A stretch of DNA of 64,000 bases from Eledone cirrhosa (taxonomy: Eukaryota). Shown piece after piece: positions 53,717 to 64,000 of this stretch. Location of the stretch: assembly GCA_964016885.1 (NCBI GenBank), contig OZ024741.1, forward strand, positions 145,266,001 through 145,330,000, read 5' to 3'. Under the pieces are notes generated by a model. The model searched no databases. It was not told the DNA's origin and saw only the letters and a program-made list of their open reading frames with translations. How positions within the stretch are numbered: position 1 is the stretch's first letter; every line of letters starts with the position of its first letter. A program made the position numbers and the translations under genes.

Positions 53717-55685
53717 AGAAGGACGAGAACAAGGGAGATAGTATAAATAATTTTCGGCCCATATCCCTGCTAAACACAGAGTTAAAGATTTTGGCCAAGG
53801 TGTTAGCAAAGAGGTTGGCGCTTGTCGTGGGTGGCCTGGTGGGAGATGCGCAGACATGTGCTATCCCATCCAGGTCCATTCACGATACCCTCCACCTCAT
53901 GCGATACATCATAGAGAGGGTTGGCAACAAACCCGGCTTCGGTGGGGCCCTGATCAACTTGGATCAGTCTAAGGCCTTCGATAGGGTCGGCCATGGTTAC
54001 CTGGATGCGGTGCTAGCGGCGGCTGGGTTCGGTCCTGTTTTCAGAGGCTGGATCACTGCCTTACATAGCAACCACATCTGTTCTAGGATCAAGGTGAACG
54101 GCTACCTTTCGAAGCCGTTCGAAATCACACGATCCATTCGACAGGGGTGCCCTCTCTCCTCCCTTCTGTACGTATTGACTCTCGAGCCTTTACTGAGGAA
54201 GTTGGAGTTGTTGCAGGGTATCCCCCTGGAACCAGGATTGAGCAAAGCGGTGTCGGCCTACGCCGATGATGTAACAGTAATGGTATCGACCGACTCGGAG
54301 ATCGAGGCGATCGGTACCTTACTGGAGGAGTACGAAAGGTTGTCAGGAGCGAAACTGAACCGGGAAAAATCCATCGGGCTGCAACTCGGAACGTGGAGAG
54401 GCCGGGCGGAGGTGGCGAACATTTACATAGCGTCCGTCACTTACTACCGCCTGACTGTCGTGCCTTGCCCTAAGGAAACACTCACCACCATGGAACGCAT
54501 GCTCTTCCAATTTCTTTGGAAGAAGCGCCCTCCTATGGTGAGAAGATCCATCTGCTGCCAACAACCTTCGAAAGGAGGGCTGGGGATGCCGTGGTTGATG
54601 ATGCGTAGGCACGCATTAAGGCTACGGCACCTACAGGTATTCCTCACTGGTCAACCGGTGTGGGCTCCGTTCGTGAAACGAGCCTTTCCGAGACTCGTCT
54701 CGCTCACCGAGCTACAGTCCTGGGTCAAGCAAAGATCCTGAAAACTGGGAGACTGGCACACTGAGTGTGCTCAGGTGCTCAGGGCTCTCTGGCAAGCGGG
54801 CCAGGACATCGGTGGAGAATCCACCTCATCATTCTATAGAGGGCTGGTGGCTAGCAGGGGCGATGACACCCTTGGAGAGTCGCTGGACATGGAAGAAGAC
54901 GAACTGGCCAGCCTGTTCGGTAGGACTTTCGGCCCAGGACCAATGGACAACTTCCAGAAGTCACTGGCCTGGCAGTGCTACCGGGGGGCTCTACCCGTCC
55001 GAGAGAGGCTCTACAGACACGGGCGCCCGGGCAGGGATCCCTCAAAAAAGATTTGCCCTAGATGCGTGCGTCACGAAGAAACCGTTGCGCACGCATTGGT
55101 GCAATGTCCGGGCGTGGCTGATCTGTGGGGCTACGCCGAACGACTGCTGTCGCGGGTGGCGCCGATTAAATTGACCGCCGAGTCCGTGATGACAATCAAA
55201 CCGCCTCCCCTCTTCACAAAGGAAGCAAAGGAGGTTTTTCTGTGCGTAATAGCCATGTTGAAAGAGGTTGTTTAGTGGACACGATTGAAAGGTCTGAGGT
55301 CAGGCAACTTCCTCTCTGGCCATAGTCTGGTCTACTTCTTCCGATATCACTTCGGAAGAAGGATAAGAATGGAGAGAGAGGTGCTTGGCCACAGGCAGTT
55401 TTATGAAAGGTGGGTGATAGTGGCGAGAATGGCTCGTGTAAATGGGCCTTCTCTGTATACCATCCTGTAGGTAAAGAAGTAAAGGAGAGGGGAGCACCTT
55501 CTCCATGTGCTCCCCGGGCAAAGGATTGCACACTTTTTCGGGGGTGTGTGCAACCCCCATCACGTCCCCTCCCTTTTGAGGTTATTTTCGATTATTTTCA
55601 TGTTACACCCTTTTTACTCGATTGTATGTAAACTCCCCCTTTGTATTTGTCCCTTCTTTTTATGCCTTTATGGTAAATAAAGAAA
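53717..55685 (+). mobile_element. Tx1-like LINE, 5'-truncated, relatively young (RT, CCHC knuckle, 3'UTR)
   Basis: NFRPISLLNTELKILAK, LDQSKAFDRV, SIRQGCPLS, AYADDV, KGGLGMP; CPRC..ETVAHALVQC; ends aataaagaaa. GC-rich with few stops. Confidence 0.95.
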
Positions 55686-55709
55686 TATATCTATATATAT
55701 ATCATTATC

Positions 55710-55897
55710 ATGGCAGTATCGGTAGAGGGTCGGACGCCATGCTTTCCAGCATAGTTACGTCCCTTTATGATCTGAGTTCAAATCCCGCCGAGGTTGACTT
55801 TGCCTTTCATCCTTACGGAGTCGATAAAATAAAGTACCAGTGATGCACTGGGTAATTGCTGGCCTTGTGCCTAAAGTAGAAATAATTATCATTATTA
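55710..55897 (+). mobile_element. Meta-type SINE
   Basis: tggcagtatcggtagagggtcgg..gagttcaaatccc..gcctttcatccttacggagtcgataaaataaagtaccag. Confidence 0.9.
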
Positions 55898-56224
55898 TCG
55901 TGTTTTCTGTCAAATAATGCAATCTCTTTTTTGTTTTTGTTTCCTTCCAACCCAACCATGCCGAATCCATGCACTCCTTTCACAGATCTCTCTTTTTTCT
56001 TTTCTTTTTCACCATGTTCCTTTCGATCTAGTAAAATTTAGTTTTCTGTCTCATCTTGTTCTCTCAATCTAGAAAAATTTCCTTTTCTCCTCCACCATGC
56101 GGTTTTCGTTTTCCTCCTCCTCCCAGACCGTTTTTTTTTTTTGCCATGCTATCACGTTAAAGAACCTTTCATTTCAATCCCAAATTATCTCGGATATGGT
56201 TTATTATTATTATTATCTTGTTTT

Positions 56225-56420
56225 AGGGTGGTGGATTGGCAGTATCGGTAGAGGGTCGGCCGCCATGCTTTGCAGCAAAGAGTTACGGCCCTTGTCATTT
56301 TGAGTTCAAATCCCACTGAGGTTAACTTTGCCTTTCATCCTTATGGGGTAGATAAAATAAAGTACCAGTAATACACTGGGATAATTGCTGGCTTTGTGCC
56401 AAAAGTAGAAACAATTATTA
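56225..56420 (+). mobile_element. Meta-type SINE
   Basis: Same family, full length. Confidence 0.9.
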
Positions 56421-57324
56421 TCTTGTTTTCTGTCAAGTAATGTAATCTCTTTGTTTCCTTCCAACCCAATCATACCTAATCCATGCATTCCTCTCCCAGA
56501 TTGTCGTTCTTACATCTTTTTCTCCTTCATCTCAAAATTTCCTTTTCTCTTTCACCATGTCCCAACTCACCTCCCGCCTATCCCCTCTCACAACCATTGC
56601 CACATCAACCAATCATACCTCTGCAGCATTAACTAGCAACCAACTAACTCAATCTCCTCCTAGGACAGTTGTTTTTTTTATCTGATGTTTGTTTCTGTAT
56701 GGCTTATGGATTACTAAGTTGGAGCATTACTAATCAACAAATATGAACCCACCAACCACCTCTGGATGATCACGCAATTGCTCTTCTTTATTTCAGACAG
56801 GGAAAACAAATATAGACATATACACACATATAGATACATACGTACCAACACACTAACACCCTTAACAACGCACACTGCTGCAAATCATTTATGCATTGCA
56901 TAGTTAATATCCAATTAAATTCAAACAATTAAGAAACATTTAGGTAAATAAGATAAGCTTGTTATTATTGAGGCAAGGAAATATTCAGTTTCATTTGAAT
57001 CTGATAATTAGAGGAATAGATGTAATTGAAATCAAATATTTACTTAAAATACTACAGTTTATTTTTTATATAGAAATAGCAATACTGTATTAAAGTAAAT
57101 GAAGTATACAATAGTCCAGACATATATATGTATATGTGTGTCTGGGTGCATGGGTATATATATATATATATATATATTCAATTGTCCTCTATATATGTAT
57201 CTCCTCTAATGCCTTCATATACACCTCTAATAAATAAATAAATATATATATATATAGCATATGTATATGCATGCAAATATATATGTGTAAATCATCATGA
57301 TATGTGCAAGTATGTATATATATA

Positions 57325-59925
57325 TCATCATTATCATCATCATCGTTTAACGTCCATCTTCCACGCTTGCATGGGTTTGGATGGGAGTTTTTCCACTTTA
57401 GGCAAGAGTGGTTGTCTTGCTCGCATAGGACTGTCTGGTGGGTTTTCTACGGCTGGATGCCCTTCCTAACACCAGCCACGTTTACAGTGTGGACTGGGAG
57501 GTTTTTACCGAGTTACCTACACGGCCACATTACAGCGTGGACTGTGTGTTTTTTTGTCTTGACACCTACACGACCTCATTTGTTTCGGACTGGATGTTGT
57601 GGTACCAACATAACTTTACATTGAAAGGGGTGGTGTGGATGGGGTGGAAGTAGTGGAACGAAGGCGTATTTTGTTAGAGGTGCCTACTGACTGTAGTAGG
57701 TTTCACTTTGTACTTAGGCAAGGCGGATCTTCTGTATTACTGTGTAGCGCCAAAGATCTCGGTCCAGTGACATTGTCTTGGAGAGGTGTAAGTGTGTGAG
57801 GTCGGAATTTATCAAGTCGTCCCAGGTTTTTCTGGGTCTGCCTACTCCGTGGCTACTGTCTATTTTTATTGCCCTGCACTTTTTTATACTGCTGTCATCT
57901 TTCATGCGCATCACGTGACCATACATACGTAGTCTTCTCTCGAGTAAACAACATCTGATCCCTCTTATTTCTAATTTTTCCCTTAATTCGTTTATGCTTT
58001 GCCGTTCACGTATATTACTATTACACATCCAGTGGAGCATGCAAGCTTCGTTCCTCTCCAGTTTGCATATATCTTCTGCACACAATCCCCAGGTCTCACT
58101 GCCATGTAACATTGCTGTTTGTATGCAGGCATCATACAGCCTGCCTTTCATTTTTAGGGAGAACCCTTTAGCGGCTAATAGTGGTATAAGCTCTCTGAAC
58201 TTTTTCCATCCAGTTCTGACTCTAGCTACTGTACTTTCAGAGCACCCTCCACCACTGCTGATTTTGTCACCCAAGTAACGGAAGGTGTCCACTATTTCTA
58301 TAGAACCATCTGTGCAATGGAATGAGCTAGTATTCTGTGGGCACTTGCTGCTACTTATTGCACCAGAGCACCAGCCACATATAAAATCTATATTCTTAGT
58401 TAGCTTACCTGTGATCTCACTACATCTTTTATGCACCCCATACTTTGCATTTGGGACATAAAATGGAGTGTCTACCTACTCCTTTCCTACACACTGAGCA
58501 TGGCCATTTCCCGGATGGGACTGGTGCCCTATTTTCCTTCCTACAAACTAGAACTTTAGTCTTAGACAGGTTAATTTTAAGGCCTTTTGATTCTAGGCCA
58601 TGCTTCCATGTTTGGAATTTCTTCTCTAGTTCAGCCATTGATTCAGCTGTGAGCGTTAGATCATCTGCGTATAGGAGTTCCCTGGGCAGCCGGTCTTGAA
58701 CTCTTCTGTTATAGCCTGAAGGGCAATAATAAATAGTAGGGCGCTAAGGACGGAACCCTGGTGAACACCAACTTTTACGCTAAACTCTTCACTATATTCG
58801 TTGTTAATTCTAACCTTGCTGACTGTTTCTTTATACATGACTTGTATAGCTCTCACAAGCCATTCATCAACCCCTAGTTTTCTAAGAGCCCACCAGATAA
58901 TGGAACGGGGGACTCTGTCAAAGGCTTTCTCCAAGTCAACAAAAGTTAAGTATAGGGGTTTACTTTTAGCTAGGTACTTCTCCTGAAGTTGTCGTACAAT
59001 GAAAAGAGTGTCTGTGGTACTTTTACCTGACACAAACCAGAACTGCATTTCATCTAGATCAATTCGCTCTCTGATTAGTTGCGCTATTCCTTTTTCTGTG
59101 ACCTTCATGACCTGGTGATTAATTTAATGCCTCTATAGTTACCCTATCTAGGGCATCTCCTTTACCCTTGTAGCAGTTAATGATGATGCTGCTATGCCAT
59201 TCCTTCGGAACAACCCCATTCTGTATGACTTGGTTTACTATCCGGGTGACCATGGTGTGTCCCAGCGTTCCAGAAGCTTTCAGCATTTCAGTAACTATTG
59301 CCGAAGGCCCAGCCGCCTTACCCGTCTTCATATCTTTGATTGCCTTACTTATTATACTACCTTCTACTAACACTGCTGGTCCCTCTATTGGATTGATGTG
59401 GGGGAGACTGTCTTTCTCCCATTTATTTTCCACATTTAGTAGCCTTTCGTAGTGACACTTCCAAGCTACCTTCTTATCAGCGTCAGTGATGGCAAGTACA
59501 CCATCATCATTAAGGACACACTTCTCCCCGACAATATCACGGTTTTCCTTGACACATTGCCTAGCAATCCTGAACACCTCTTGTTTTTGGTCCTCACATT
59601 GTAGAACATGCTTGAACTTTCTTTCCTCTGCTTCCCTTCTTGCAAAGTACACTTGTTTCCTATCTTCCCTCCTGGCCACTTGATAGTCTTCTCTACTTCG
59701 CCCATCCCGCCAAACTTTCCAAGCCTGCTTTTTGGCCTTAATTTACCCCTCCACATTACTGTTCCACCACCACGTTACTCTCCTCCTGCCTATAGGCCTG
59801 CTCCAGTCACAGACTTCATCTGCCGCCATCAGCAGGTTTGCTTTCAGGAATTCCCACTGTTCCTCTATATTGTATGGCTCTAATTGCTCTTCCTTACTGT
59901 CGAAAGCATCAAGTAATATGCTTTT
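57325..59925 (-). mobile_element. RTE-clade LINE, 5'-truncated ~2.6 kb (RT, Cys/His finger, 3'UTR)
   Basis: MKTGKAAGPS..YKGKGDAL; FVDLEKAFDRVP..GVHQGSVLS; LLYADDL; WPCSVCRKGVG..; RRLRMYGHVMR..GRPRKTW. Frameshifted. Confidence 0.96.
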
Positions 59926-60174
59926 AAAATGTATTACTGGCTGTGATGTATATATATATGTATATTATACTGGTACCACAAAACATCCAGCCTACACTGT
60001 AAAGTGATCATGTAGGTGTCACGACAAAAAGCACCCAGCACACACTGAATGTGGTTGGCGTTAGGAAGGGCATCCAACCATAGAAAACCAGCCAGAAACT
60101 CTCCTATATGAGCGAGACATAATCACCTGACCCAACTTGCCTCTAACTGGTGATGATGATGATATATATATACA

Positions 60175-60567
60175 TGGAGGCACATGGATTAGTGGTTAGA
60201 GCATTGGGCTTGCAATCGAAAGGTTGTGAGTTAAATTCTCAGACCTGGTGATGTGTTATTTCCTTGAGAAAGACACTTTATTTCACATTGTTCCAGTTTA
60301 CTCAGATGTAGAAATGAGATGATAGGACTGGGGTCCATATCATTCCACTGCAAAGTGGTCGTGGAGATGCCACAGCAAAAAAGCACCCAGCCCACACTGT
60401 AAAGTGGACTTGTAGGCGCCACGGCAAAAAATCACCCAGCACTCACTGTAAATGAGGTTGGTGTTAGGAAGGGCATCCTGCTGTAGAAATCAAGCCAGAA
60501 TCAGTACCTGTCCCACCCTTGCAAGCAGGGAAAAAGCGGACGTAAAATGAAATGATGATGATGATGA
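60175..60567 (+). mobile_element. Full-length CORE-type SINE with two tail modules
   Basis: Same head and core as 13813, with a duplicated aaaaagcacccag..ctgtaaa module. Confidence 0.92.
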
Positions 60568-60616
60568 TATATATATATATATATATATAAATATATAGAT
60601 ATACATAGATATGAAT

Positions 60617-60647
<31 letters not shown>

Positions 60648-60905
60648 CCGGTTTACGTCCGTTCTGCCATGCTAGCATGGGTTAGACGGTTTGTCCTGTT
60701 GTGGGCAGTGTCTGGTCGGCAGACCATGCCTTGCTCACACAGGACCTGATTCTAGCTTGATTTCTACAGCTGGATACCCTTCCTAACACCAACCTCATTT
60801 ATAGTGAGTGCTGGGTGTTTTTTTCCGTGGCGCCTACATTTCCACTTTACAGTATGGGCTGGGTGCCTTTTTGCCGTGGCACCTCCACGACCACTTTGCA
60901 GTGGG
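60617..60905 (-). mobile_element. 3' half of a CORE-type SINE (long-tail variant), tail-to-tail with the previous copy
   Basis: Reverse complement matches 9917-10151. Confidence 0.85.
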
Positions 60906-60916
60906 AGGTTGTGGGA

Positions 60917-60950
<34 letters not shown>

Positions 60951-61112
60951 TTTCTGAATTTGAAGAGGTCACAGAATGTGTGACGAAAGAACTTTGGCAA
61001 TATATGAACAATCGTCTGGTTTCCTAAATTTATAAATTCAATTTATAATAAATTGAATTGAAAGCAACTGGTGCGTGTGTTTCTTATTGGCAACATCATC
61101 CTCCCAAAGTAT

Positions 61113-61217
<105 letters not shown>

Positions 61218-61219
61218 GT

Positions 61220-62996
61220 AATAATAATAATGATAATAATAAATTTCAAGACTAAAAACCAAAGAGGGCTCAATAAGGATATAGAGCAAATATTTATTAA
61301 AATAACAGATTAAAGTTTAAGCAAAGAATCGCTGCTTTCACCCTTAACGGGATCTTCTGAAACTAACAAAGTCAATCTGTAAACGCAGAAGTGGATATTT
61401 CAAATAACGCTGCAACCGGAGGAAGACAGGAAGACGATACTTTGGTTCGTGGAAAAGTTCGCTGGCAAAGAACGGGAAAAAACGAATAAGATACGTCATT
61501 AATAGGAGCGGTGAAAAACAATTACGCGCAAAGGCAGAACCACGTTTATGGTATAAAAGAGGTCGTAGACTAATGTTCTCTTAGGTGGTTCATAGAGACG
61601 TTCTCTGGCAATGAACGAACGAAAAAAACGAAGATAATACGTCATATGTGGAGCGTGGAGAACAATAGCACGCAAAGACAAAACCACGTAAATGGTATAG
61701 CAGAAGCCGTACACTAAAATTCTAACTAGGAGACCGAATGAATCTCCGCTACAGAGTTAAGAACAAAGTAAATAAATACAATACAGAAGTAATAGAAAGA
61801 AATAAATACATACACGCAAACAAATACGTACATACACAAGCATACGCAAAACAATTACCATAGGTATACAAAACCACGCACATATAAATATGTGTGTGTG
61901 TATGCGTGTATACAAATAAATAAATAATTATATAAACGTATATAAATAAATAAATACGTATATAACAAGCGCACACACATACCTACATGTAAATACACGA
62001 ATGTTCGGAGACTTAAGTCAACCAAAACATGAAGTACACATATACACACACCCTACATACGTACGAACCTGCATACTCACACAGACGCAAAACTCCCGTA
62101 TACACATAACCAAACCATATGTACCAGAATAAAAAATAAAAAAATGATACGCCATAACATAAACAATCAAATATACGTACGAGAAGGTATACGTACCTTC
62201 ACGAAACATACGGGTAATATATACTTACCTATGCAAATAAGTAATGATATAAACAAAACATATACTTAGCTCCCACATCAATACGTAAAATATCCACGTA
62301 TAGATCGTACTATCCGTTAGGGTATAACGTGGGGCTGTAATACAGGAAAGTTTTGTGCAATTTATGTTTACAAGCCGAAATTGCCTCAGATTTTTTGTTT
62401 AAGATGTGATCTGTGGCGTAGAGTATTTCCAGGGCCTCAGCGGCGCAGAATCACATGGTCTTTTATTTCCGTTATACGACCTAGCCCTAGCTAGGATCTC
62501 CCAGTGTAACTTATATTGGGTGTGGCTGTCTTTTAGACTCCAGATATAAGCTGAAAGTGACGTCATATTCCTTCTTAGAGGGTAACGAAAAGAAATGTAT
62601 GCGTGTAAAGACGCTGCTTGAATCTATTGGCGGTTAACCCTATGTAGGCCCTACGGGACGTGGGTGTTACAACCTTACATTTGTAGACAATGTTACTAGA
62701 GAGGCATTTCCCGGATAGGGGCAATCAACCCGATTCCTACAATTACAGTTAGTACTAACTACAGGGTTGCACGTGTTCCTACGGCTAGGTAGTTTAGCTA
62801 AATTTGAAGCTGTGATGTTATGTGCAAGGTTAGGAGTCGTAGAGTAAGAAATTTTAATAGTATTTCTATTAAAAATTTTACTATATTTATGTGTAGGAGG
62901 AAAATGCTTCGTAATAAGGGAAAGAAAGATCTTAGATAATGGTGTGACCACCTCCATATTATATGGTGGGTTATACCATATGGTGGGTTATACCAT
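61220..62996 (-). mobile_element. Naiad-like Penelope element 3' part (linker, GIY-YIG, ~1 kb 3'UTR)
   Basis: WYNPPYNMEV.T..FLSLITKHFPPTHKYSKIFNRNTIKISYS, CNCRNRVDCP..GKCL..IVYKC..YIGLTANRFKQR..TSLSAYIWSLKD..C.LC..LNKKSE..CKH; ends in (TAA)/(TA)n. Confidence 0.92.
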
Positions 62997-62999
62997 AAA

Positions 63000-64000
63000 C
63001 GTAGGGCCTACATAGGATTAACCGCCAATAAATTCAAGCAGCGTCTTTAAACGCATACCCATTCTTTTCGTTACCCTCTAAGAAGGAATATGACGTCACT
63101 TTCAGCTTATATCTGGAGTCTAAAAGACCATGTGACCTCTGCGCTGCTGAGGCCCTGGAAATACTCTACGCCACAGATCACATCTTAAACAAAAAATCTG
63201 AGGCAATTTCGGCTTGTAAACATAAATTGCACAAAACTTTCCTGTATTACAGCCCCACGTTATACCCTAACGGATAGTACGATCTATACGTGGATATTTT
63301 ACGTATTGATGTGGGAGCTAAGTATATGTTTTGTTTATATCATTACTTATTTGCATAGGTAAGTATATATTACCCGTATGTTTCGTGAAGGTACGTATAC
63401 CTTCTCGTACGTATATTTGATTGTTTATGTTATGGCGTATCATTTTTTTATTTTTTATTCTGGTACATATGGTTTGGTTATGTGTATACGGGAGTTTTGC
63501 GTCTGTGTGAGTATGCAGGTTCGTACGTATGTAGGGTGTGTGTATATGTGTACTTCATGTTTTGGTTGACTTAAGTCTCCGAACATTCGTGTATTTACAT
63601 GTAGGTATGTGTGTGCGCTTGTTATATACGTATTTATTTATTTATATACGTTTATATAATTATTTATTTATTTGTATACACGCATACACACACACATATT
63701 TATATGTGCGTGGTTTTGTATACCTATGGTAATTGTTTTGCGTATGCTTGTGTATGTACGTATTTGTTTGCGTGTATGTATTTATTTCTTTCTATTACTT
63801 CTGTATTGTATTTATTTACTTTGTTCTTAACTCTGTAGCGGAGATTCATTCGGTCTCCTAGTTAAAATTTTAGTGTACGACTTCTGCTATACCATTTACG
63901 TGGTTTTGTCTTTGCGTGCTATTGTTCTCCACGCTCCACATATGACGTATTATCTTCGTTTTTTTCGTTCGTTCATTGCCAGAGAACGTCTCTATGAACC
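63000..64000 (+). mobile_element. Inverted copy of the same Naiad-like element; runs off the window
   Basis: Reverse complement of 61587-62655 with a 70-bp deletion. The ORF track gives identical peptides on both arms. Confidence 0.95.

Noticed and set aside
60958-61010. tTGAAGA-g-gtcaca-gaatg-tgtgac-GAAA hammerhead-like motif
   Set aside because: The core C is missing and stem I cannot form; at best a decayed remnant.

Overview
AT-rich, repeat-saturated animal DNA, most likely intronic or intergenic sequence from an octopus/coleoid cephalopod. That is an inference from the tRNA-derived CORE-type and Meta-type SINEs and the dense (TA)n/(CA)n/(TATG)n microsatellites. I find no convincing host protein-coding exon; almost every long ORF is a transposon fragment or a translated microsatellite. 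Recognisable elements: Tx1-like L1-clade LINEs, several RTE-clade LINEs (one family with a Cys/His finger after the RT core, another Rex3/Expander-like), a CR1 LINE, R4/Dong-like LINEs sitting in (TAA)n, three Penelope-like elements (two Naiad-like, with inverted 3' copies), hammerhead ribozyme motifs, a dead maT (DD37D-type) Tc1/mariner, TTAA-bounded MITEs and foldback MITEs. The most striking structure is repeated local inverted copying at many scales. It includes a >1 kb-arm Penelope palindrome whose outer arms are nearly identical, a ~355 bp inverted copy of SINE tail plus unique flank inserted into a neighbouring SINE, and several 21-85 bp inverted copies next to microsatellites. Coordinates were read by eye and may be off by a few bases.
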